NCBI GenBank assembly: GCA_963760875.1
Contig: CAVXEH010000002.1
Coordinates: forward strand, 263,358 to 327,357
Length of the DNA stretch: 64,000 bases
Reading direction: 5' to 3'
From: an uncultured Chloroflexia bacterium
GTDB taxonomy: Bacteria > Chloroflexota > Limnocylindria > QHBO01
A program made the position numbers and the translations under genes. Of the stretch, positions 55,036-64,000 are shown in pieces (the first letter of the stretch is position 1; each line of letters starts with the position of its first letter). The notes beneath the pieces are model-generated. The model was not told the origin of the DNA. It saw nothing but the letters and a program-made list of their open reading frames with translations, and made no database searches.

Positions 55036-58000
55036 TCAGCTCGGCCGCAGAAGGTACCCGCGGTACGAGGGACGGAAGCCCAGCGCGCGCAGGGGCTCGG
55101 CCAGGGCCGACGTGGCCACCGGCTCGCGGTCGATGCGCTCGATGACCAGCTCGCGGTAGGGACCGATTGGGGTTACCAGGTGTTCCAGCGCGGCGATGGC
55201 CAGGCGCGCTTGCTCGGCGTCGTCCGCGGCGGGGAACGTGACCAGCGAGCGGCCGCCGCGCTCCAGGTACAGGACAGCGGCCCCGTCGACCAGGACGACG
55301 TGGGCGCCGGCCGCGCGCTGGAGCGAGAATCGCTCGTCAGCAGAGCGACGCGGCCAGGGCAGCGCGCCACCGTACGGCTGCGCGGGATCCGCGGCCGCCA
55401 GGACCACCACCCGCGGCGTGTCGGGTGCCTCGCGCTCGGCCCGCAGGCGTTCGACCGCCCCCGCCAGGGCGAACTGCGCGGCCCCCAGGCCTGCGACGAA
55501 ATAGCCGCGCCGTGCGCGGCCGGCCTCCTCCATGGCTCGCAGGATGGGATAGACCGCCGAGAAGCCTCCCGGCAGGTCCTCGGCCATCACGGCCTCCCGG
55601 GTGACGACGCCGTGCCGCTCGAGCAACGCAACCGCGGCCGCGTGCCCGCGCTCGGTGGGCGTGCGCGCCTCCCCGACCAGCTCCGCCACGAGCGACCAGC
55701 GTCCGGCACCGCGCGGCGGTCCCATGGCCAGCAGCCGCCCGGCACGGGGAGCCCGCGTCCGCGAAGCCCGTGACCGGGAGCGCGGAAGGGACAGCGCACG
55801 CAGCGGCCCGAACGTGTCGTTCGTCACCTCGCCGGCCCAGACGAGGTCCCACAGCGCGTCAAGCACCTCGTCGTCTGTGCGCGCCGCGTCGCCGACCGCG
55901 CCGCGAAGGTCGCGGAAGAACGAAGCCCCGCGGCGGGTGAGATGGCCCCGCAGCAGGTCGTGGACCACCCCGGACGGGCGGTCGCCCTCGGTCCTCGCGG
56001 AGACGGCCAGCAGGTCGACGCGATCCCGGCGGAAGAGCGCCACCCTCCCGTCGTCGCGCCCCAGCGGCCCACGCCCGATCCAGACCACTTCGCCTGCGGC
56101 GCCGAGCTCGTCGAGGAGACGCGGGACGTAGTCGCGAACCCGCACGCGCAGGACGTCGCGCTCCAGGATCGAGGCCGGGATCGCCGCGCCCTCGAGCTGC
56201 CCCACCACCTCCAGGAGCCGGTCCAGGCCGCCGGCTCGCGACCCCACGCCCTGCCACGCCGGGAGGAAGCGGGCCAACGCCTCGGATGGCACGGCCTCCA
56301 CCTCGCGCCGCAGCCTGGCCAGGGTCCGCCGGCGGAGAAGGCGCAGCACCTCGGGGTCCGCGTACTCCGCCGATGTGCCGCCCGGGCGGAACGAGCCCTG
56401 GGCCAGCCGCTCCGCGGCGACGAGGTGCGCCAGGCGCGATTCGGCGCGCAACGGTGCGATCCCCCAGCGACCGGCGGGATCGGTTGCCACGAACGGGGCA
56501 TGGCTGCGCGCCCAGCGCAGAAGCAGGGCATCCAAAGGCTCGCTGTCGGCTGCCGTGAGCCAGGTCTCCGCGACACCGGGCGGCGGGCTCACTCCCAGCG
56601 CGTCGCGATAGCGGGCCATGTCCTCGACCGCGATCCAGCGCCCGGTTCCGGCAATGCGGACGGCCACGGCGCGTCGGTCGGCCTCCAGCGAGCGCAGCGC
56701 GTCGTCCGCCACCAGCTCCCCGGTGATCCGTGCCGCCACCTCGTCGGCGGACAGGTCACCCAGGCGCCGGAGCAGGTCGTGGACGCCATCGACAGTGTGG
56801 GGGCGCCGCCCTCCGGCGAGGGCCTGCAGCTCCAGCTCCACGTCCGCGACGGCGGCAGGATCCAGCAGCTCGCGCAGCTCATCGGCACCCAGCAGCTCCG
56901 CCAGGAGGTCGCGGTCGAGCGCCAGGGCCTGCGCTCGGCGCTCGGCGAGCGGGGCGTCGCCCTCGTACATGTACGAGCCGACGTAGTCGAACATCAGCGA
57001 GGCGGAGAAGGGCGAGGCCCGGGGTGTCTCCACGCTGACAACACGCACCTGCCGGGATCGGATGCCGCCCAGAACCTCGCGCAGTGCCGGCATGTCGAAG
57101 ACGTCCCGCAGGCACTCGCGGTACGTCTCCAGGATGATCGGGAACGAGCCGTACTGGCCCGCCACGGCAAGGAGGTCCGCCGACCGGCGGCGCTGCATCC
57201 ATAGCGGAGTGCGCTGCCCCGGCCGGCGGCGGGGCAGGAGGAGCGCCCGGGCCGCGTTCTCGCGGAAGCGGGCGGCGAACAGTGCGGTGCCACCCAGCGC
57301 GCCCATCAGCAGCTCCTCCGCCTCGTCCGGCTCCAGGACCAGCTCGGACTCGGGGGGCGCGTCATCGGCCTCTGGAAGGCGCAGCACGATGCCGTCGTCG
57401 GACCACAGGACGCTGACGTCCACGCTGAAGCGCTCGCGCAGGCGCGCCTCCACCGCCATCGCCCACGGCGCGTGGACCCGCCCCCCGAACGGCGAGAGGA
57501 CGCAGACCCGCCAGTCGCCGAGCTCGTCGCGGAAGCGCTCCACCAGGATCGTCCGATCCGTGGGCAGCACACCGGTCGCCTCGCGCTGGTCGGCCAGGTA
57601 GGAGACCAGGTTGCGCGCCGCCAGCTCGTCGAGCACCCCGTCCCGGCGGACGCGCGCAACGGCGTCGGCGGGCGACATCGGCTCCAGCTCGCGCAGGAAG
57701 GCGCCGATGGCGCGGCCCAGCTCGATCGGCCGCCCGACCTGGTCACCCTTCCAGAACGGCATCTTGCCCGGCTCCCCGGGCGCCGGCGTGACGACGACCC
57801 GGTCGGGCTTGATCTCCTCGATCCGCCAGGTCGACGCGCCCAGCAGGAACGTCTCGCCAACGCGGCTCTCGTAGACCATCTCCTCGTCCAGCTCGCCCAC
57901 CCGGCGCCCGCCCCGGCCCGAGCCGTCATCGGGCAGGAAGACGCCGTACAGCCCCCGATCCGGGATGGTGCCGCCGGAGGTCACCGCCAGGACCCGCGCG

Positions 58001-59574
58001 TCGTTGCGGCTGGTGACCTCGTCGGTGGTCCGGTCCCAGACCACCCGGGGACGCAGCTCGGCGAACTCGTCGGACGGATAGCGTCCGGAGAGCATGTCCA
58101 GCACGCCGGTGAGCTGCTCCCGCGACAGGTCGCGGAAGGCATCGGTCCTGTTGGCGAGGGCCAGCAGGTCGTCCACCCGCCAGGCGTCCATGGCGCAGGC
58201 AGCCACGATCTGCTGGGCCAGGACGTCGAGCGGTGCGCGCGGCACGCGGGTCTCCTCGATCTGGCCGGCCAGCATCCGCTCGGCCACGACCGCCGCCTCG
58301 AGCAGGTCGCCACGGTACTTGGGGAAGATCACGCCGTTGGAGACCTCGCCCACCCCGTGCCCTGCCCTCCCGATGCGCTGGAGCCCGGCGGCGACCGAAG
58401 GCGGCGCCTCGATCTGAACGACGAGGTCGATGGCCCCCATGTCGATCCCCAGCTCCAGGCTGGAGGTGGCGATGAGGGCGGGGAGGCGCCCGTCCTTGAG
58501 CGCCTCCTCGATCTGCAGCCGCTGCTCGCGGGCGATGCTGCCGTGGTGCGCTCGGACCAGCTCCTCCCCGGCCAGCTCGTTGAGGCGGCTGGCGAGGCGT
58601 TCGGCCAGCCGGCGGGAGTTGACGAAGACGAGCGTGGAGCGATGAGCCCGGATCAGCTCCAGCAGCTGCGGGTGGATCGCCGGCCAGATCGAGTGGCGCG
58701 CCTCCGGCCCGGCCGCAGGTCCCGATGGCTGGTCCTCCGCGTCGAGGAGCTCGCCCAGGCGGCTCATGTCCTCGACCGGGACGGTGATGGTCAGCTGCAG
58801 GGGCTTCCGCGCGCCGGCGTCGGCGATCGCGACCTCGCGCCCCGGGCCGGCGCCGCCGAGATAGGCGGCGATCGCCTCCAGCGGCCGCTGCGTGGCCGAC
58901 AGCCCGATGCGCTGCGGCGCCGCGTGTCCCGCGCCGATGACCAGCGTCTCCAGGCGCTCGAGGGAGAGGCCCAGGTGGGTGCCCCGCTTGGTGGCGGCAA
59001 GCGCATGAACCTCGTCCACGATGACGTGCTCGACCCCGGCGAGGACGTCGCGGGCCTGGCTGGTGAGCAGCAGGTACAGGCTCTCGGGCGTGGTCACCAG
59101 GATCTCCGGCGGGTCCCTGGCCAGCGCCCGCCGTGCGTCGGCGGGGGTGTCGCCGGTCCGCGAGGCAACCCGGACCTCGGGGAGGTCGGCCCCCGCACGC
59201 TGCGCGGTGCGCCGGATCCCGGCCAGCGGTGCGCGCAGGTTCCGCTCCACGTCGTAGGCCAGCGCCTTGAGCGGGCTCACGTACAGGATCCGAACGCTGG
59301 CCCGGCCGGCGGTCCCCCGGCCCCGGCCGCTCGCGGCAATCGCGCGCGGACGAGGATCGGTGAAGCATCGGTCCAGGCACCACAGGAAGGCCGCGAGGGT
59401 CTTCCCGCTGCCGGTGGGGGCGTGGAGCAGGGTGTGCGCCCCGCTGCTGATCGCCTCCCAGCCGATGTGCTGGGCCCGGGTGGGCTGTGCGAAGGCCTCG
59501 GCGAACCACGTCCGCGTGGGTTCGCTGAACCGGGCAAGGGAATCGGCGGGGGCTGAGGCAGGTCGACGGCTCAC
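55036..59574 (-). CDS. lhr: Full-length Lhr SF2 helicase (1512 aa)
   Basis: APTGSGKT, YVSPLKAL, TTPESL, VDEVH, AHHGS, ATSSLELGID and QRIGRAGH, plus the Lhr C-terminal RRGYFV..LGAAQFA and AADPAQPYG motifs. Confidence 0.95.
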   Translation of the reverse strand: MSRRPASAPADSLARFSEPTRTWFAEAFAQPTRAQHIGWEAISSGAHTLLHAPTGSGKTLAAFLWCLDRCFTDPRPRAIAASGRGRGTAGRASVRILYVSPLKALAYDVERNLRAPLAGIRRTAQRAGADLPEVRVASRTGDTPADARRALARDPPEILVTTPESLYLLLTSQARDVLAGVEHVIVDEVHALAATKRGTHLGLSLERLETLVIGAGHAAPQRIGLSATQRPLEAIAAYLGGAGPGREVAIADAGARKPLQLTITVPVEDMSRLGELLDAEDQPSGPAAGPEARHSIWPAIHPQLLELIRAHRSTLVFVNSRRLAERLASRLNELAGEELVRAHHGSIAREQRLQIEEALKDGRLPALIATSSLELGIDMGAIDLVVQIEAPPSVAAGLQRIGRAGHGVGEVSNGVIFPKYRGDLLEAAVVAERMLAGQIEETRVPRAPLDVLAQQIVAACAMDAWRVDDLLALANRTDAFRDLSREQLTGVLDMLSGRYPSDEFAELRPRVVWDRTTDEVTSRNDARVLAVTSGGTIPDRGLYGVFLPDDGSGRGGRRVGELDEEMVYESRVGETFLLGASTWRIEEIKPDRVVVTPAPGEPGKMPFWKGDQVGRPIELGRAIGAFLRELEPMSPADAVARVRRDGVLDELAARNLVSYLADQREATGVLPTDRTILVERFRDELGDWRVCVLSPFGGRVHAPWAMAVEARLRERFSVDVSVLWSDDGIVLRLPEADDAPPESELVLEPDEAEELLMGALGGTALFAARFRENAARALLLPRRRPGQRTPLWMQRRRSADLLAVAGQYGSFPIILETYRECLRDVFDMPALREVLGGIRSRQVRVVSVETPRASPFSASLMFDYVGSYMYEGDAPLAERRAQALALDRDLLAELLGADELRELLDPAAVADVELELQALAGGRRPHTVDGVHDLLRRLGDLSADEVAARITGELVADDALRSLEADRRAVAVRIAGTGRWIAVEDMARYRDALGVSPPPGVAETWLTAADSEPLDALLLRWARSHAPFVATDPAGRWGIAPLRAESRLAHLVAAERLAQGSFRPGGTSAEYADPEVLRLLRRRTLARLRREVEAVPSEALARFLPAWQGVGSRAGGLDRLLEVVGQLEGAAIPASILERDVLRVRVRDYVPRLLDELGAAGEVVWIGRGPLGRDDGRVALFRRDRVDLLAVSARTEGDRPSGVVHDLLRGHLTRRGASFFRDLRGAVGDAARTDDEVLDALWDLVWAGEVTNDTFGPLRALSLPRSRSRASRTRAPRAGRLLAMGPPRGAGRWSLVAELVGEARTPTERGHAAAVALLERHGVVTREAVMAEDLPGGFSAVYPILRAMEEAGRARRGYFVAGLGAAQFALAGAVERLRAEREAPDTPRVVVLAAADPAQPYGGALPWPRRSADERFSLQRAAGAHVVLVDGAAVLYLERGGRSLVTFPAADDAEQARLAIAALEHLVTPIGPYRELVIERIDREPVATSALAEPLRALGFRPSYRGYLLRPS

Positions 59575-59912
59575 GGCGCCCTGAGTCTACGTCGGAAACC
59601 TGTCAGATCCCGTCGCAGAGGCGGCGACTGGCGGAAGATACGCGATGACCCCGATCCCTTGCGGGTCCGGGGCCATCGGTGGGCGCCTGGGCCGAGCTCC
59701 CGGCGCCTCGAGGCCGACAGAGAGCCGCGACTCCCTCTATCGGCGGCATCAATCCGGGCTGCTCTCGAAGCAGCTCGCTTGTCGCCGGACCCAGTAGGCC
59801 ATGGCGGCGCGCTTGGACAACCGTGCCGAATGGCCCTTCCGGGACGGTCGGAAGTCACGAGGCGAGGCCCGGGAAGGCACGCAGCGAAGGTGCGCGCGCT
59901 ACGCTACGTCCA

Positions 59913-61458
59913 ATGCCTGCCCGCTTCGCCCGCCTGCCGCTTCCGGCCTTCATCAGCGCGCTCGACGCCTGGCGCGCCCGGCCCGATGCGACGGAGCGTC
60001 CCTTGCTGGAGGCCGCGCTTTCCCGCCTGGTGGAGCGCACCGGCTTTCGCGGTGCCACGGTGGTGCTCGACGCGCCACCGCTCGTTCCCGTGGAGCTCCG
60101 AGCCGGCTCGCTCGCCACCGGGATCGACATCCGGCGCGACGAGACCATGGCCGATCTTCCGCTCCTGACCGAGACCACCGCGGTGCCGGTGGGCAGCATC
60201 CGCATCCATGGCTCAGGCAGCCTTCCGGACGGCCCACCGGAACTGGCGAACGCGATTGCCACGGCCATCGAGGTCATCCGCGACCGCGAGCGTGCCCAAC
60301 GAGCGGAGGGCCATCTCGCGGCCCTCGACGAGGCGGTGCGGGGCATCGCCGCGGTGCTCGATCGTGGACCGTGTCCTGCAACGGATCGTCGATCGGGTGC
60401 GGGTCCTCGCCCACGCGGACTACGCGGCCCTGGGGATCGTCAACGACGACGGGCTCATCGAGCTCTTCATCACCTCCGGCATCAGCGTCGCGGACCGCGA
60501 GCGGATCGGCGACCCGCCGCAGGGGCACGGCCTGCTGGGGCTCATCATCCGCGAGGGACGAGCCATCCGCGTCGAGGACATCGCCACCGACGGCCGGCGG
60601 CACGGGTTCCCGCCCAACCACCCGGAGATGCATCCGTTCCTGGGCGTGCCGGTTCCATCCCTGGGGCACACCGTGGGCAACCTGTACCTGACCAGGGGGA
60701 CCGGGGGACGCCATTTCAGCGAGGAGGACCAGGAGCTCGTCGAGCGCTTCGCCCTCCACGCGGGGATCGCCATCGAGAATGCCCGCCTGCACGATCGCGT
60801 GCAGCGCCTCACCATCGTCGAGGAGCGTGAGCGCATCGGCCGTGACCTGCACGACCAGATCATCCAGCGCCTGTACGGCATCAGCCTGTCGCTCGACGAC
60901 GTGCCGGAGATCATGGCGGAGGATCCGGCGCTGGCACGCCAACGGATCGATGACGCGATCGAGTCGCTCACGTCCGCGATCCAGGAGATTCGCACCTTCG
61001 TCTTCGGCCTGCGACCGGTTCAGCTCGACGAGCGCGGGTTGGTGGCGGCCCTCCAGCAGCTCGCCGGGGAGATGAACCGCAACCTGGGCCTGGAGGTCTC
61101 GGTGCGCGCCGAGCCAGGGATCCAGCCGCCGATGCCGCTGGTGGCCGAGCTGCTGAGCGTGGCTCGGGAGGCGCTCACCAACGTGGCGCGCCACGCGAAC
61201 GCGCACGCGGCCGAGCTGGATCTCAGCGATGATGGCAACACCTTCCGCCTGGAGGTGCTCGATGACGGCGTCGGATTCGATACCTCGGCGGCCGCGGCGG
61301 CCGGTCATCACGGGCTGGAGAACATGCGACAGCGAGCGCAGCGCCTGGGGGGCATGCTGGATGTTGCAAGCCAACGGGGACGCGGGACACGTATCATCCT
61401 TACACTGCCGCATACGCCACGGGCCACGGGCGGCCAGCGGATGACGGAGGAGTCTTGA
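59913..61458 (+). CDS. GAF-domain sensor histidine kinase (DosS/DevS-like), with an apparent +1 frameshift at about 60362
   Basis: GFPPNHPEMHPFLGVP, ERIGRDLHDQIIQRL, EALTNVARHA and DDGVGF..HHGLENM. Removing one base gives VLDVDRVLQRIV. Confidence 0.88.
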
Positions 61459-62159
61459 CCGAGCAGGAAGACAAGATGCCCACATCGCAGACCGACGACC
61501 AGGCCACGCCCGAGCGTCCGCTGCGGATCCTCGTCGTCGACGACCACGAGGTGGTGCGCCAAGGTCTCGTGGCGCTCCTCGACCGCCGCGACGAGTTCCA
61601 GGTGGTGGCAGAGGCCGGCACCATGGCCGAGTCGATCGCAGCCGCCCGGCGCTTCCAGCCGGACCTGGTGGTGATGGACGTCCGTCTTCCTGACGGATCG
61701 GGCGTCGAGGCCTGCCGCGAGATCCGATCCGAGCGCCCGGAGACCAAGGTCGTCATGCTCACCAGCTACCCCGATGAGGAGGCTGTCCTCTCGGCCATCA
61801 TCGCCGGCGCCTCGGGGTACCTGCTCAAGCAGATTCGCGGGCGCGATCTGGTGGCCGCGCTCCAGTCCGTCGCGCGCGGCGACTCGCTCCTGGACCCGGG
61901 CGTCACCGAGCGGGTTCTCGAGCGCGTGCGACGCGCAGCCACCGGCGGCGAGCAGGACGAGCTGTCCCAGCTGACCGCCCAGGAGCGCAAGATCCTGCTC
62001 CTCGTGGCGGAGGGCAAGACGAACAAGGAGATTGCCAGCGAGGTCTTCCTGTCAGACAAGACGGTGAAGAACTACGTCTCCTCCATCCTCTCCAAGCTGA
62101 ACCTCGAGCGGCGTGCCCAGGCCGCCGCCTTCGTCGCCAAGCACCGGCTCGGAGAGTAG
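61455..62159 (+). CDS. NarL/LuxR family response regulator (DosR/DevR-like)
   Basis: VVDDHEVVR, VMDVRLPDGSG, LTAQERKIL and KTVKNYVSSILSKL motifs. Confidence 0.94.
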   Translation: MTEQEDKMPTSQTDDQATPERPLRILVVDDHEVVRQGLVALLDRRDEFQVVAEAGTMAESIAAARRFQPDLVVMDVRLPDGSGVEACREIRSERPETKVVMLTSYPDEEAVLSAIIAGASGYLLKQIRGRDLVAALQSVARGDSLLDPGVTERVLERVRRAATGGEQDELSQLTAQERKILLLVAEGKTNKEIASEVFLSDKTVKNYVSSILSKLNLERRAQAAAFVAKHRLGE

Positions 62160-62165
62160 CCCCGG

Positions 62166-62183
62166 CGGGACCGCTGGGTCCCG
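62166..62183 (+). terminator. Short GC hairpin after the response regulator
   Basis: cgggacc-gctg-ggtcccg; no U-tract. Confidence 0.35.
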
Positions 62184-62468
62184 ACGCCCTCAGCGCCAAG
62201 CGACCGCCTCCGCCGGGAGGCCGATGCCGACCAGCACGGTCACCCCGCCGATCCATGCATCAACGACCGCCAGCGCGGCGCTCCCCGCGAGCGACCCACC
62301 TGCCCCAGGTCCCCAACCGGCCCTTGCCATCAGTCACCCACATTCGGGTATTCCGGCAGGCTACATATGCGCATGTGCCCTCATACGCTCGGGTCAGATC
62401 AAAACGACAACCCGCGACAACCGGGAGCACCGGTCCGTCGGGAGAGCAGTTGGAGGAGCACCTCACCA

Positions 62469-62999
62469 ATGGACGCCATCACTCGAGTTCGGGAGCGAGC
62501 CATCGTCGTGCTGCGCATCGCGATCGGCTGGGTCTTCCTGTTCGCCGGGCTGGAGAAGTTCCTGGCCCTCGGCGGCGCACCGTTCAGCGCAGCCGGATAC
62601 CTGCAGCATGCGACGATGGGCACCTGGCCGGGCGTCACGCTCGCGCAGGGCGAATACCTCAATCCCACCCATCCCTTCTGGGCCAGCCTGGGCGCGAACG
62701 CCGGGCTCATCGGAGTCATCAACGTCCTCGTCGTCTTCGGCGAGATCGCCATTGGCACGGCGCTGATCCTGGGTCTGTTCACCCGGTTCGCGGCCGCCAT
62801 GGGCACCCTGATGATGACCTTCTTCTTCCTGGCCTCCTGGGACTTCGCCAACGGCATCGTCAACAGCGACGCGATCTACGCGATCCTGCTGGTCAGCGTG
62901 GGCGTCATGGGTGCCGGCAAGGTCTTCGGCCTCGACGCGATCCTCGAGCGGACCGAGTTCGTCAAGAAGATCCCCGCCCTCAGCTACGTCCTCGGGTAG
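62469..62999 (+). CDS. DoxX family membrane protein (DoxD-like)
   Basis: LRIAIGWVFLFAGLEK, GEIAIG.ALILGLFTR and AGKVFGLD motifs; GGAGGAG upstream. Confidence 0.85.
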   Translation: MDAITRVRERAIVVLRIAIGWVFLFAGLEKFLALGGAPFSAAGYLQHATMGTWPGVTLAQGEYLNPTHPFWASLGANAGLIGVINVLVVFGEIAIGTALILGLFTRFAAAMGTLMMTFFFLASWDFANGIVNSDAIYAILLVSVGVMGAGKVFGLDAILERTEFVKKIPALSYVLG

Positions 63000-63021
63000 A
63001 ACCGTCCGGGGACTCCCTCCC

Positions 63022-63056
63022 AGAACCGCCGGCCGCACCGGGCCGGCGGTTCTTCG
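63022..63056 (+). terminator. Intrinsic terminator after DoxX
   Basis: 13-bp stem agaaccgccggcc-gcaccg-ggccggcggttct followed by tcg. Confidence 0.7.
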
Positions 63057-63134
63057 CTGTCCGGGACCAGGCACGGCACGCCCGGCACGCCCCCGCGCTG
63101 AGCGCTCGCCAGCCGCTCGGCTAGACTCCGCCGC

Positions 63135-64000
63135 GTGCTCAACCGACGCCCGCCGGCGGATCCCGGACCCTACGTACGGCACCCGCAGGACTGGCGGGTG
63201 CTGCTGGCCATCTACTCGGCCACCTCGCTCGTCGAGGCGTTCGGGGTCAGCCAGGTCTTCGCCTTCCTGCCGCTGCGGCTGCGCGACGTCGGCGTTGCTC
63301 CGGACCTGGTGGTGCCGCTCACCGGCCTGTTCACCGCGCTGATCTTCGTCTTCGGGATCTTTCTGGTCCCGTTCTGGGGGGTATGGGCCGACAAGATCAG
63401 CCGTCGGGCGGTGATCGTGCGCAGCGCGGTGGTGGAGGCGATCGTCTTCGCGGGGGTTGCCCTCGCCGCCGAGCCGTGGCAGCTGGCCGCCGCCCTGCTG
63501 CTGACCGGCCTCCAGCTGGGCAACACGGGGGTGATGCTCGCCGCGCTGCGCGACGTCGCCCCGCGGGGCCGGATCGGGACGGTCAGCGCCGCGTTCGGGG
63601 CCATGAGCCCGGTGGGCTTCGCCATCGGTCCCGTCGTCGGCGGGTTCATGGTGGACGGCCTGGGCATTCCGCTGGCTGACATCTTCTGGACCGGCGCCAT
63701 CCTGTCCGTGGGGATCGTGGTGCTCCTGCTGGCAGCCTCCCGCGAGGTGCGCCCCGAGATCGTCCCCACCGGCCGCACCCTGACCCTGGCGGTCGGGGCG
63801 GTGCAGGGCGCCCTGGGCGACCCCACCGTGCGCCGCCTGTTCGCGATCTTCGGGGTGGCGATCCTTGGGAACCAGATGATCCGCCCCTACCTGCCGCTTC
63901 TCGTCCAGGACCTGGTCGGGGTGGGGCCCGGGCTGGCGAGCGCCATCGGCCTCGTGGTGGGAACCGTGGCCCTGGCGGGTGCCCTGGTGTCACCGTTGAG
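63135..64000 (+). CDS. MFS transporter, runs off the right edge
   Basis: Hand translation from GTG 63135: MLNRRPP...VLLAIYSATSLVEAFG...PFWGVWADKISRRAVIVRS (MFS motif A). TAGACT lies 7 nt upstream. Confidence 0.88.
   Translation, partial: MLNRRPPADPGPYVRHPQDWRVLLAIYSATSLVEAFGVSQVFAFLPLRLRDVGVAPDLVVPLTGLFTALIFVFGIFLVPFWGVWADKISRRAVIVRSAVVEAIVFAGVALAAEPWQLAAALLLTGLQLGNTGVMLAALRDVAPRGRIGTVSAAFGAMSPVGFAIGPVVGGFMVDGLGIPLADIFWTGAILSVGIVVLLLAASREVRPEIVPTGRTLTLAVGAVQGALGDPTVRRLFAIFGVAILGNQMIRPYLPLLVQDLVGVGPGLASAIGLVVGTVALAGALVSPL

Noticed and set aside
14155-60363. Programmed ribosomal frameshifting or true pseudogenes
   Set aside because: No slippery heptamers or shared stimulatory signals, the families are not known to be recoded, and there is no other decay. 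Sequencing error is more parsimonious.
62166-62183. DosR box
   Set aside because: Spacing is GGGAC-N6-GTCCC rather than the N4 of the mycobacterial consensus, and its position right after the stop codon fits a terminator hairpin.

Overview
A very GC-rich bacterial chromosomal segment. I found no rRNA, tRNA, transposase, integrase or CRISPR array. Gene content suggests a Chloroflexota/Actinomycetota-like organism (a Limnocylindria-like Chloroflexota is my best guess; inference only). Contents from left to right: (1) a surface/glycan locus with a >1019-aa secreted Ig-repeat protein running off the left edge, a membrane-anchored beta-helix protein, a Wzx-like flippase and three GT2 enzymes; (2) a complete pentose-phosphate operon tkt-tal-pgi-gnd-zwf-opcA-pgl, followed by proline dehydrogenase and small hypotheticals; (3) a zinc-ribbon CxxC-x17-CxxC gene with a structured leader, and pncA; (4) actinobacterial-type respiratory genes ctaC-ctaD-ctaF and qcrC-qcrA-qcrB, with no ctaE in the window; (5) MarR/MFS and MarR/ABC efflux units, glgP, an M23 peptidase, YihY and an F420-dependent nitroreductase-family gene; (6) a DNA-repair neighbourhood of a Prim-Pol (LigD-Pol/PolC-like), LigC, a beta-CASP nuclease and a 1512-aa Lhr, with a DnaA-box-like cluster between the last two; (7) a DosS/DosR-like two-component pair, DoxX and a partial MFS. 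Five genes carry apparent single-base insertions, probably sequencing errors. Many genes look leaderless. Most of the ORF track consists of GC-rich shadow ORFs. All product calls come from motif recognition; no database search was run.
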